Positions 56,201 to 63,953 of a stretch of DNA of 64,000 bases are shown piece after piece. Origin of the DNA: Poseidonia sp. (GTDB lineage: Archaea; Thermoplasmatota; Poseidoniia; Poseidoniales; Poseidoniaceae); the NCBI GenBank assembly GCA_049600935.1, contig JBMYQB010000005.1, positions 1,436-65,435 on the forward strand, written 5' to 3'. The translations under genes and the position numbers were made by a program. Under the pieces are notes generated by a model. It did not search any database and was not told the DNA's origin. It saw only the letters and a program-made list of their open reading frames with translations. Position 1 is the stretch's first letter; each line of letters begins with the position of its first letter.

Positions 56201-56272
56201 TGTTCCTCCGAGACAACCCGCTAGAGCCATCAGCCCAACCAAAAAAAGAGCAGAGTACTTGCGCAGGTCCAT
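53237..56272 (-). CDS. surface lipoprotein (1011 aa): Ig-like N-terminal domains, Cys-containing TSP3 repeats, and a C-terminal PNGase F-like (peptide-N-glycosidase F C-terminal type) domain
   Basis: Lipobox-like LMALAGCLGG. Repeats of the type DDRCPSG..W.S...D.D.DGC.D.DEDDDDDNDG. The C-terminal ITGHGFNKDTANCAEFCDHQH and QFGSWPFGRAGWCAGQDV resemble PNGase F-family motifs (GHG..CAEFC; GGTW..RAGWCPG). Confidence 0.75.
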   Translation of the reverse strand: MDLRKYSALFLVGLMALAGCLGGTEPVPDIEEPTVTTYTLQPTWILSPTEIQLGEEVSYLLGIEQEGEGTWDVEVSVLQPNFSPLASIDVKEHDQGYQLTFTPQTTGEHIVSVTVVNTGTTYLVPPLEPQVIVLIVSAPDEPAPIITAPNRLVLEQPDVVWFEGSVDHLYIDSCVVSYTISDGTEGSVSIDAAGAWKVLIDFTEATSSHTITTKADCGRYSSSSDTATTQVIIEGAGDDEDGDGVQDVDDRCPSGIGANEGWQSTQATDGDQDGCRDNDEDDDDDNDGIVDTYDLCPTSYGWVSTPSADYDYDGCHDADEDLDDDNDGVEDVDDRCPVGRKGWYSNRYSDWDNDGCSDLDEDDNDDNDDHLDIDDACQKGVANWVSDASNDWDNDGCQDATEDDDDDNDGVNDVNATGDTLDRCPQTPLNATDVDAHGCAAIERDTDGDGVNDLLDQCEGTPIGLSVNTVGCADIDGDGVFANVDDCSDSPDRWSVDENGCAVVQLPVAWTDASSLNGPMQTVPQFSFPTLNGTFNFNDRWTGEDVYFFMFKYTDSSGNNNGATWGQNPGRFIRNLPDNTHLFYGSFDNTYHNDVIQQRNAVLSGLTTSEEAKWDNRIHYIDVDASNLGGGIGNMIGSFNNPFFMGIDRFQLARETGSLYAWTSQSNDPYHLSYEPNQWVAEFPTKIREQDPAVHAVQVMDFQRHAGGWGSGYSSFSNATFDLPNDLTSYDTLEVYHEHACFERTNRYQKSDGTYGGCHEWDYLAYLFICDRDNSSVCSTESVRWITTYGREGMWLTDISPYLFMLNDGEERRFKYAGANKGDLTVTFLFSNWGSGNRAINGTYAFSGGQFDGTYNNESRYLRQMNFTVPPEATSVEIVATITGHGFNKDTANCAEFCDHQHYYTIGEHQTYEWHPIVYSSEGCENEVDNGVVANQFGSWPFGRAGWCAGQDVKQWTYDITDWIDNGTNNSNHIIYRGYYNGAEYVPSDGIGNGGRNIRAVVWIVFYGPTT
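54770..55570 (-). repeat. coding tandem repeats (Asp-rich TSP3 units of about 40 aa, GAC/GAT-rich) inside the lipoprotein gene
   Basis: Periodic GACGACGACGA/GATGATGA runs. The protein shows at least 5 near-regular units: C-P-x...W-x-S...D-x-D-x-D-G-C-x-D-x-D-E-D-D-D-D-D-N-D-G. Confidence 0.8.
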
Positions 56273-56309
56273 GCTTTCGGGTCATCGTGGCTGTCCTTGA
56301 ATGTGTTGT

Positions 56310-57446
56310 TTATGTCATATCAAGTTCAGAGCGGCCATCGTGGAGAGGGGGCGATGCAAGGCTCACCGCCTTTGGTGAGTGAGCTACTTTGAGCGGTTGA
56401 ACCCAAAGCAATGCACCGCCACGTCTTCGGTCAATTCGTAAAATGCATTCCCAGTGAATTCGAAGGAGATCTGAATTTACGGAGCCAGGCCACGTGGGTT
56501 GAGGGGGTTCGAGCCGTACCGGTTCACCGTCGTTCCACCGTTGAGGCTCGCCTTGAACCATGATCCGCATGGGTCGCAAGTACAGACCTCCCTTCACTTC
56601 TTTGAGTTCCATGGGGGCGTCCTCGCCACCTGCGGTTCCGTCGTCCAAACCCACTTCCCAATGATGCGGCAATTCGGTAGACAGACCGGGCGGTGGTTGC
56701 CGGTTTGGCATCCGCCCCAACGTATCAAACAAGACCTCTCTCGAAGGCGGCAATACGCCAACTCGCAAGATGGCATCAACATGATTCCATCCATCGTCCC
56801 ATTCGGGGAAGTTTACGACAAACTCAAGCGTTTCATCGGCTCTGCTGTCTTTTGAAAATTCAATAACTGGGGGGCTGAGGTTTCGTTTTAGAAATTGATT
56901 TTGTCGTCGTAATTCAGCCAAATTTGCCCCAACACGAATGAGAAGCGGGGCGAAGATGAGCGGGACAACAAAGACAGCAAGCGCAGGATAATCCAGCAAG
57001 CCCCATCGAACGGTTTCCAATCCGTAGACAGGGAGATTGAGCAACAACAACACAGGCGATACGAAGAGATAGAAGAGGCAGACGAGCAAGACGACGACCA
57101 CGCCATTGATGAATTGTCGAAGTATGTTGTGAATCGGGTTTGGAATCAGGTACCATCCACGTCGTTGACGTTTGACGAGACGAACAAATCCCGCATCCTC
57201 AAGCACGGTGTCTTCATGCGCAGGCACCACTTCTTCTTCGTCAAAAACAAACGTCCGTTCGATCAACCAACCATCTTCGCCACCAAGACGAAACGACGGT
57301 TTTCTGAGGTCCTTGACCGCATCCCCTTTAGTTGCATATTGACCAATCTCGTATCGATGTTTGGCGACCGGCAGCTCACTGGATTCCCACCGTGCCGCTT
57401 CAAAGGGTGGATAGCGAACTCGATGCTGTTCGTAGAGTGGTTTCAC
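56310..57446 (-). CDS. hypothetical membrane protein (378 aa; central TM hairpins between soluble N- and C-terminal domains)
   Basis: The GTG start is preceded by GAGGTGG with a 4-nt spacer, and that SD overlaps the end of the upstream reductase gene, so the two are probably co-transcribed. No motif recognised. Confidence 0.55.
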   Translation of the reverse strand: MKPLYEQHRVRYPPFEAARWESSELPVAKHRYEIGQYATKGDAVKDLRKPSFRLGGEDGWLIERTFVFDEEEVVPAHEDTVLEDAGFVRLVKRQRRGWYLIPNPIHNILRQFINGVVVVLLVCLFYLFVSPVLLLLNLPVYGLETVRWGLLDYPALAVFVVPLIFAPLLIRVGANLAELRRQNQFLKRNLSPPVIEFSKDSRADETLEFVVNFPEWDDGWNHVDAILRVGVLPPSREVLFDTLGRMPNRQPPPGLSTELPHHWEVGLDDGTAGGEDAPMELKEVKGGLYLRPMRIMVQGEPQRWNDGEPVRLEPPQPTWPGSVNSDLLRIHWECILRIDRRRGGALLWVQPLKVAHSPKAVSLASPPLHDGRSELDMT

Positions 57447-57455
57447 GAAACCACC

Positions 57456-58670
57456 TCATGACAACAACAACCGTACGCCGGCTTTGAGGGCAAGCGGCCG
57501 GAAGGCAGGAACCTGACGGAGAAGGGCCATACCCAAAGGAACGGGTTTCTCAATATCTCCAATCGCATTGATGAGGCTGAGCGTATCTGGATGTGCGAAG
57601 TTGATGAAATGCTTGTCGAGGACTTCATCGGTGCAATCGCTGACCAATAAATTGCGGAGTGCTCTGGCTCTGTCTTGCTCTTTTTTCATAGCATTCCATG
57701 GTTGTTTGGTAATTGCCTTGAGGTTCGCTTCGCTCAACGCGTTGGCCTCGATCGCTTCCACCAGGGGTTCGAGGATGCATTGGATTTGATGGAAACCAGG
57801 ACCCAGTCCCCCTCCGGTCGTGGGCTTGGCCATGCCTGCGGCATCCCCGAGCAACATCACTCTGTTTTTGACCGGATGTTTGACCATTCCAGAGGGGACC
57901 GGTCCGCAGTATCGTGCAATCTCCGATGTGTTCGCAAATCGGTCTTTCCAGAGGGGGTGATCCATCAAGTCTTGATAGCAGGATTCAATGCTTCTCCCAT
58001 TAAGACGGTCGGCGGTGGACCAAAGTCCAATTCGATGGGTGCCAAATCCAGATGGAATTACCCACGCAAAAAAACCAGGTGCAATCGCGTTGCCGCTGTA
58101 CATTTCAAGCCAACGGTCACGCCCCTCGTATCCGACCACCTCAGTCTGGAATCCAATCATCAATTCCTTCATTCGTCCCATCTTGAACGTTCGTCGCGTC
58201 CAACTGTGAGCGCCATCTGCACCGATGAGAAGTTTGCACGACAGTGCATGCTCCTTGCCATCTTTTCGAACCACCACATCAATACCCGTGTCCGATGGTT
58301 GGGCGTCAAGCGGAATACTGTCCAGCCACAAGGTGGCTCCTGCCTCCATCCCTTGCTGGACAACATATTGATCGAATCGTTTTCTACACACAACATATGT
58401 TCTCAGGGTCCCTTCAGTGCCCACGGGCACCAAGGTTCCGCTCGGTCCGTGAATGAGGGCTCCATCTACCTCCTGCAGGACGGTCTCGTAAGCCTCAACG
58501 GCGTCCATGGCTGAGGGCGTGACCAAGCCAGCGCATTGGAACGGTCGGCCGATTTCTTTGTGTTCTTCAAGCATGAGAACGTTCAAGCCCTGTTGACTGA
58601 GGAGGGTGGCTGCCCGGCCGCCTACTGGACCTGCGCCGACGATGATGACATCGTAATCGTGGTGGTCCAT
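57456..58670 (-). CDS. geranylgeranyl reductase family flavoprotein (digeranylgeranylglycerophospholipid reductase-like)
   Basis: FAD fingerprint YDVIIVGAGPVGGRAA, CAGLV, LLGDAAGMAKPTTGGG. Confidence 0.88.
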   Translation of the reverse strand: MDHHDYDVIIVGAGPVGGRAATLLSQQGLNVLMLEEHKEIGRPFQCAGLVTPSAMDAVEAYETVLQEVDGALIHGPSGTLVPVGTEGTLRTYVVCRKRFDQYVVQQGMEAGATLWLDSIPLDAQPSDTGIDVVVRKDGKEHALSCKLLIGADGAHSWTRRTFKMGRMKELMIGFQTEVVGYEGRDRWLEMYSGNAIAPGFFAWVIPSGFGTHRIGLWSTADRLNGRSIESCYQDLMDHPLWKDRFANTSEIARYCGPVPSGMVKHPVKNRVMLLGDAAGMAKPTTGGGLGPGFHQIQCILEPLVEAIEANALSEANLKAITKQPWNAMKKEQDRARALRNLLVSDCTDEVLDKHFINFAHPDTLSLINAIGDIEKPVPLGMALLRQVPAFRPLALKAGVRLLLS

Positions 58671-58725
58671 GCTTTTGCCTGAAGAAGGTATTGTTTCAAC
58701 CTTCCTTCATTCAAGGCGTTGCTCT

Positions 58726-61467
58726 TCACCGTTTGGCGAATTTGTAGCCAATCGATTGATTCTTTTTCAAGTAGAGTGTGGCTGAGAATGGATTGTTGGT
58801 CTTCTTTGAAATAAAGTCGTCAAACGGACCCAAGGAACCTGTTTCAATGAGGGTTTTCGCCTCGTCTCGAGTGATGTCTCGTTTCGATATGCATCGTTCA
58901 ATATGAATTTTGCAATTCGCCGAGGAATCTTCCGCCGTGTAGTGTGTTTCCGTTTCGATGATGTTCGTTTTGGTCTTGGGACAAACGGCCACTACGCCTG
59001 GAACAACGGGGAAACGTTTGGCGTCCGCAGCTGCAGCACGAGGTGGGAAATCAAACGAAACCCTGTTTTTGTCCAACATCAAAAAGGCGCTGAATGGACG
59101 GTTTTTCCTTGAAGTAAAATCTTCGAGGAGCTTGGATTTTCCATCAACAAAGATGTCTTTGGCTTCCTCAGGTGTTATGGCCCGCTTGCACATGACGTTT
59201 TGCATGCCTCTGAATTTGCAGTCTGGATTGTCACAATTGTAGGCGGATGGCGTGATTCGGATGGAGCCGTGATCGCACAGGGGGCAAGGACACAAGACCT
59301 CGTCATTATCACTCGCACCCCCTCCTGCGGCACCCTTGCCAGCAACCTTTCCATCCTTTGCGAGGACAACCGAGGTTTCGTAACCTTCGCCGGCCTGAGA
59401 AAAGAAGCCGTGGAGGTCGTCCAACGCACCGTTTTCAATCAATCGTGTGGCGGTGGTACGGTCAAACCAGCGTCCGGAGGTGTCCTTCCAAAACACAAAC
59501 GAACACCCCTTGTTGCGGCCTTCATTGTTCTCACACTGGTAGGCGAGTGTGTTTTCGAGGATATCGCCCTCACAGGACGGACACGAGCCCAAACTTGGTT
59601 CATTCACATACAAGGTACTGCGGTCGTGGTCGCGAATGCGCTCAACCATCGTTTGCGTTTGTTGAATGATTTTCTGCATATAGACTTCCATGGGTTCTTC
59701 GCCTCGTTGAACAGCAAGGAGTGATGCTTCCATGTCGCCAGTAAGTTCGGGCGATGTAATCCACTCAACGGGTATACGGCGAAGAACGTCAATCATGCGT
59801 ATACCGTGCGGGGCTGCGCTGATGGTGCCATTCCGAGAACGTCGAATGTAGTTTCGAGCCAGTAATTTTTCGATGGTGTCTGCACGGGTTGCAGGCGTAC
59901 CCAACCCTTTCTCCTTCATGGCCTCAGCAAGATCATCGTCCTCAATGTGCTTCCCTGCATGTTCCATCAACTGCAGAAGACTGGCTTCCTTCAGCCTGTT
60001 TTTGGGTTTGCTCTTCTCTTCAGAAAATTCGTGGTCTTCAAGAGTCGAGGCACTGGGGTTTTCGGGCAACTTGCCCCATCCCTCTGGCACCTTGTCCTTC
60101 TTGTGAACAACAGCTCTCCAACCCGGTGTGGTCAATTGTTCAACCTCTTTGACAAATTGGTGCCCGGATTTGGTCGTAACCCGCTTGTCCACGGTCCATT
60201 CTGCAACAGGATGCCACGAGGCAAGGAAGTTGCGCACGATCATATCGTAGAGTTTGGCATGGTCTCCACCAAATGTTGAGGGTGGCGTCTGTCCTGTGGG
60301 AACAATGGCATAGTGGTCAGACACTTTCGTGTTGTTAAAATTCCTCTTGGCGTTGGACAACCCATCGGATTGGAGACGACGAACATGTTCCGTGTAGTCG
60401 GATTGGCCGGCGAGTTGGTCAAGCGTTTTGGCCACGGTCTCATGCATGTCCTCCGGAAGATGCTTTGAATCCGTTCGGGGGTAAGTGGTGAGTTTGAATT
60501 TGTCATAGAGGTCTTGGGCGACACCTAAGGTACGCTTTGCCGACCACGACCAGAGACTGTTTGCTCTTTTTTGGAGCGTCGTCAAGTCAAAATTAAGGGG
60601 CGGTTGTTCCTTCTTGATGCGACTCGTTTCTTCGGTAGAATAGCCGTTGCTTTCGATTAAGAGTGCTTCAATGGCTTCTTTTTCCGAAACATCCATGATT
60701 CGATGGGCTTTGTATTCTGGCCGGTCAGCATCGTCTTTGTGACCCATGCGCTCCCAACGAGCTGTCCAACGGGCATCGCCTGCGGAAAACGTGGCGTTGA
60801 GTTGCCAGTAGGGTACAGGAATGTGGGCCAGCACCTCGAGTTCGTGGTCAACCACGAGTGCCAATGTGGCCGTTTGAACACGACCCAAGGAATTCGCTGA
60901 GCGGTCTCTACTTTGCGGCAGCCTTGTTGCGACCCGAGAGCCGTTCATGCCGATGATCCAATCCGCATGAGAACGCGAATAGGCTGCATCGCTTAGGGCT
61001 TGGTAGGTTTCTCCGGATTGACGGTTTTCAAAGGCTTGCAGCATCGCATCAAACGTCATGGATTGCATCCACATTCGTGATGTTGGCGTCTTGACTTTGG
61101 CGTATCCCACGATGGTGCGGAAGATGAGTTCTCCTTCCCTTGCTGCGTCGCAAGCGTTGACAATTTCGGTCGTCGATTTATCTTTCACCAGTTTCATAAT
61201 GGCTGAAAGTTGCTTCTTAGCACGGCCAGCTTTGGGTTTGTACTGAAAGGACTCAGGGATGTAAGGCAGCCGCTCAATGGTTTTTCTCCAGTTTTTGAAG
61301 TCTTCATCATAATCATCCATGTATTTGAGTTCAAGCAAATGGCCAATGGCCCAGGTGATGATGATGTCGTCGCTGTGCCAGTGTGTTTCTGTTTTTTTAC
61401 CGACACCCAATACGTTGGCAAGGTCCTCGGCAACACTGGGTTTCTCAGCAATGATGACGATGGACAT
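58726..61467 (-). CDS. type IA DNA topoisomerase, Topo III-like, with C-terminal zinc ribbons and topoisomerase C-terminal repeats
   Basis: Toprim MSIVIIAEKPSVAEDLA, ITWAIGHLLEL, CDAAREGELIF, active-site Tyr in TTYPRTDSKHL. C-terminal CPSCEG...C, CPCPLCDHG...C, and two repeats of the type NRPFSAFLMLDKNRVSFDF and NNPFSATLYLKKNQSIGYKF. Start at the ATG at 61467. Confidence 0.9.
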   Translation of the reverse strand: MSIVIIAEKPSVAEDLANVLGVGKKTETHWHSDDIIITWAIGHLLELKYMDDYDEDFKNWRKTIERLPYIPESFQYKPKAGRAKKQLSAIMKLVKDKSTTEIVNACDAAREGELIFRTIVGYAKVKTPTSRMWMQSMTFDAMLQAFENRQSGETYQALSDAAYSRSHADWIIGMNGSRVATRLPQSRDRSANSLGRVQTATLALVVDHELEVLAHIPVPYWQLNATFSAGDARWTARWERMGHKDDADRPEYKAHRIMDVSEKEAIEALLIESNGYSTEETSRIKKEQPPLNFDLTTLQKRANSLWSWSAKRTLGVAQDLYDKFKLTTYPRTDSKHLPEDMHETVAKTLDQLAGQSDYTEHVRRLQSDGLSNAKRNFNNTKVSDHYAIVPTGQTPPSTFGGDHAKLYDMIVRNFLASWHPVAEWTVDKRVTTKSGHQFVKEVEQLTTPGWRAVVHKKDKVPEGWGKLPENPSASTLEDHEFSEEKSKPKNRLKEASLLQLMEHAGKHIEDDDLAEAMKEKGLGTPATRADTIEKLLARNYIRRSRNGTISAAPHGIRMIDVLRRIPVEWITSPELTGDMEASLLAVQRGEEPMEVYMQKIIQQTQTMVERIRDHDRSTLYVNEPSLGSCPSCEGDILENTLAYQCENNEGRNKGCSFVFWKDTSGRWFDRTTATRLIENGALDDLHGFFSQAGEGYETSVVLAKDGKVAGKGAAGGGASDNDEVLCPCPLCDHGSIRITPSAYNCDNPDCKFRGMQNVMCKRAITPEEAKDIFVDGKSKLLEDFTSRKNRPFSAFLMLDKNRVSFDFPPRAAAADAKRFPVVPGVVAVCPKTKTNIIETETHYTAEDSSANCKIHIERCISKRDITRDEAKTLIETGSLGPFDDFISKKTNNPFSATLYLKKNQSIGYKFAKR

Positions 61468-61534
61468 GTGTAGAAAGCGCACCGACGACCATACTTGAAC
61501 CCTCCTTTGTGTCCTCAATGCCTTGACTTACACG

Positions 61535-61555
61535 CATGAAATGTGACATTTCATG
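61535..61555. promoter_or_regulatory. perfect 21-nt palindrome CATGAAATGTgACATTTCATG between the 164-aa ORF and the topoisomerase gene
   Basis: Read directly from the sequence: 10-nt arms around a single central G. It lies 68-88 nt upstream of the Topo III ATG and contains the stop codon of the upstream ORF. Confidence 0.5.
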
Positions 61556-62045
61556 AACGAGAACCTTGCCATTTTCGCATGACTTCTCGGCTGGTCGCCT
61601 CGTCCCAAGGATGCTCAGCATTCGGTCCACCGCACCCCAAGCATCCAGGATAACCGGCCTGCAAAAGTTCGTCCGCAACCGAATGGATCATTTCCCAAGC
61701 CTCTCGCACTTCCATCGGTAGCCAGACGGTGGTAAGGTCGGGCTCATCGATACTGCACATGACCAAAGGATGCGGTTGGTTTTGCTTGGTCAATGCCAAT
61801 GTTTGGCCTTCGGATGGAACAAACACTGGGAACTCGGTACGGGAGGGGATGGCATCTCCAATGTTCGTGCTGAGGTCGTGGACATGGGTGGATAACCATT
61901 GAGGGCCATGAATCTCCAAATCATCGGTTCGCAGGAGCGTTCGTGCTATTTCGCGAACGACGGGCCAACGAGGGTCGGTGATTCGCACGTATTTATCCAA
62001 ACAGGGGCAAGTCTTGAAGGATGGTGTGCGGAACCCTCCATCCAT
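61551..62045 (-). CDS. hypothetical Cys-containing protein (164 aa)
   Basis: The ORF fills the topo-pyrD gap. Cys pairs CPC and CLGCGG. No family recognised. The start is uncertain (ATG at 62045, TTG at 62000 or GTG at 61988). Confidence 0.45.
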   Translation of the reverse strand: MDGGFRTPSFKTCPCLDKYVRITDPRWPVVREIARTLLRTDDLEIHGPQWLSTHVHDLSTNIGDAIPSRTEFPVFVPSEGQTLALTKQNQPHPLVMCSIDEPDLTTVWLPMEVREAWEMIHSVADELLQAGYPGCLGCGGPNAEHPWDEATSREVMRKWQGSRS

Positions 62046-63165
62046 GGGCGTCGTTTACCGTTGGTTCCTGCGCCCGTTCCTCCGATTTCAAGACTCAGAG
62101 AAGGCTCACGCTCGTTCGTTGAACATGTTGCGGCTGATGGGGTCAAATGCTCTGAGCAGAAGGCTGATCCGTCTCCTTTACAATCCCCGAAAAACCCTCA
62201 CCGTTGAATTGTTTGGACATCAATACAAGCATCCGTTCGGTCTTGCTGCTGGGATGGATAAGAACGCTAAAGCGCTCAGAGGCTGGGAAGCAGCCGGTCT
62301 GTCGTTTGTGGAAATTGGTGGCGTCACGATGCTCGAGCAGTCTGGAAATCCAAAACCCCGGATGTTTCGGGCATCTCGCTCCCAAGCTCTTGTCAATCGC
62401 ATGGGATTCAACAATCATGGCAGTGAACGCATTCAAGCATCGCTTCATCAACATTTTAAGCGGCATGGACGACCCGATATCCCGTTATGGGTGAACCTCG
62501 GAAAATCAAAAGTGACGCCTCTTGACGAAGCTCACATTGATTACGGTACCACGCTCGAGCGTTTGTGGTCCTATGGCGACGTGTTCGTGGTCAATGTCTC
62601 ATCTCCGAACACACCCAATCTACGAGACTTGCAAAACGATGACGGTCTCAAACGTATTATTGAGCATTGCATGGCCATCAACCAGGAGATGGCCAAAGCC
62701 AAGAATTCCAAGCCCAAACCTCTCTTGGTTAAGTTGGCACCTGACATGACCTCCGACCAACTGGTCCACCTCGCCATGACGGCCAAGGGCCTCGGTGCTG
62801 ACGGCATCGTCGTATCCAATACAACGGTTGAACGACCGGATTCCACGGACTCCTCCGAGCAGCGTGTGTTTGCTGAACAAGGCGGACTGAGTGGGCAGCC
62901 ACTCAAAACCAAGTCTACAGAGATGATTCGTACAATTCGGGCTGCCGTTGGCAATGAATGGCCGATTGTTGGCGTAGGTGGAATTGGATCTGCTGAAGAT
63001 GCGTGGGATAAAATTGAGGCGGGTGCAACACTCCTGCAAGCTTACAGCGCTTTTGTGTTTGAAGGACCTGCACTTACCAAACAGGTCGTTCATGGACTTC
63101 ACCAGCGCCTCTCGGCCTCGCCCCATTCAAGCATTGGGGAGGCGGTTGGGTGTTGGCACGATTGA
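62044..63165 (+). CDS. pyrD: dihydroorotate dehydrogenase, class 2 (quinone-dependent)
   Basis: N-terminal extension MGVVYRWFLRPFLRFQDSEKAH aligns with the class 2 membrane-association helix. Also FGLAAGMDKNA, GFVEIGGVT, NVSSPNTPNLRDLQ, GGLSGQPL, GVGGIGSAEDA. Confidence 0.9.
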   Translation: MGVVYRWFLRPFLRFQDSEKAHARSLNMLRLMGSNALSRRLIRLLYNPRKTLTVELFGHQYKHPFGLAAGMDKNAKALRGWEAAGLSFVEIGGVTMLEQSGNPKPRMFRASRSQALVNRMGFNNHGSERIQASLHQHFKRHGRPDIPLWVNLGKSKVTPLDEAHIDYGTTLERLWSYGDVFVVNVSSPNTPNLRDLQNDDGLKRIIEHCMAINQEMAKAKNSKPKPLLVKLAPDMTSDQLVHLAMTAKGLGADGIVVSNTTVERPDSTDSSEQRVFAEQGGLSGQPLKTKSTEMIRTIRAAVGNEWPIVGVGGIGSAEDAWDKIEAGATLLQAYSAFVFEGPALTKQVVHGLHQRLSASPHSSIGEAVGCWHD

Positions 63166-63202
63166 AAAGAGGATTGTTAAGGGTCAGCGAGGTGGAAAAA
63201 CC

Positions 63203-63589
63203 ATGTGGGCGAGAAGAACACGTGTTCTCGTTTTGGGCGCCGTATTAACGGTAGGTCTTCTTGCCACGGTTCTTCTTCAATCACCTGTTCCCACACAGAC
63301 GGTTGATGAATTGATGGCGTCGCCTTCTTTACATCTCGATGAGGAAGTTGCTGTTCGCGGCGAAGTTCAAGACGGCACGATTGACAACGAAACCAAGACC
63401 TTTGTGCTCGAGGGCGTAAGTTCCACGTTGTCCATTCGATTCACCGATGCCATGGTGTCAAATGGACTGGATGACAATCGTACCGTCTATGCTGAAGGGA
63501 CCCTTTTCCTCGAAGATGGCGTGTACTATCTTGATGCTCATACCATCAAAACGTCCTGTCCGTCAAAATACGAAGAGGCCAACGAGTAG
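63203..63589 (+). CDS. ccmE: cytochrome c maturation heme chaperone CcmE, variant with a CxxxY motif
   Basis: N-terminal TM RTRVLVLGAVLTVGLLATVLL. OB-fold-like VAVRGEVQDGTI...FVLEG...IRF...VYAEGTL...YYLDAHTI. C-terminal TSCPSKYE places C-P-S-K-Y where canonical CcmE has H-x-x-x-Y. Confidence 0.75.
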   Translation: MWARRTRVLVLGAVLTVGLLATVLLQSPVPTQTVDELMASPSLHLDEEVAVRGEVQDGTIDNETKTFVLEGVSSTLSIRFTDAMVSNGLDDNRTVYAEGTLFLEDGVYYLDAHTIKTSCPSKYEEANE

Positions 63590-63637
63590 GCAAATTTCTT
63601 CCTGCGTTGGCTTCATATAGGCTAGGCGTCGGCAGCA

Positions 63638-63953
63638 TGACGGGATAGGTGGGGAGCTCGGCGTACCCTGTATCACAAATCGTCGTTATGGTGGACCGAA
63701 CGCCTTGGGGCGGCGAAAGCGGTCGCATGGTTCCCGTAGGCGGACGTTGATGTCTCGCCCCCACATGACTCGGGTGTCATGAACCGTCTCCGGAAGGAAA
63801 CGGGAAGTGAATAACCGGGGGACTAGGTCAGGCCGGGAACGGAGCAGCCCTACCTGGGGCCATGGGTGCTGTGGGGATCCGGGATGGAGGAAGCCTGCGG
63901 ATTTGGCCGTGGGAAGCGCACGTCCACCTTTGGCTCTCCCACCTCATATGTCA
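63638..63953 (+). ncRNA. archaeal signal recognition particle RNA (7S/SRP RNA); ends approximate (about +/-25 nt)
   Basis: Helix 8 signature GACTAGGTCAGGCCGGGAACGGAGCAGCCCTACC. Alu-domain-like GGGGAGCTCGGCGTACCCTGTA. The 5' TGACGGGATAGGTGGGGAG can pair with the 3' CTCTCCCACCTCATATGTCA. TATA-like TTCATATAGG lies about 25 nt upstream. No credible protein ORF covers the region. Confidence 0.8.

Noticed and set aside
57675-58514. 279-aa plus-strand ORF
   Set aside because: It is antisense to the geranylgeranyl reductase gene, which has a clear FAD fingerprint on the minus strand.
61468-61518. 17-aa N-terminal extension of the topoisomerase ORF
   Set aside because: The Toprim domain canonically begins at the protein N-terminus (MSIVIIAEKPS), so the ATG at 61467 fits.
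63546-63764. 72-aa minus-strand ORF
   Set aside because: It overlaps the ccmE 3' end and the 5' third of the SRP RNA, and the region is explained by the ncRNA.
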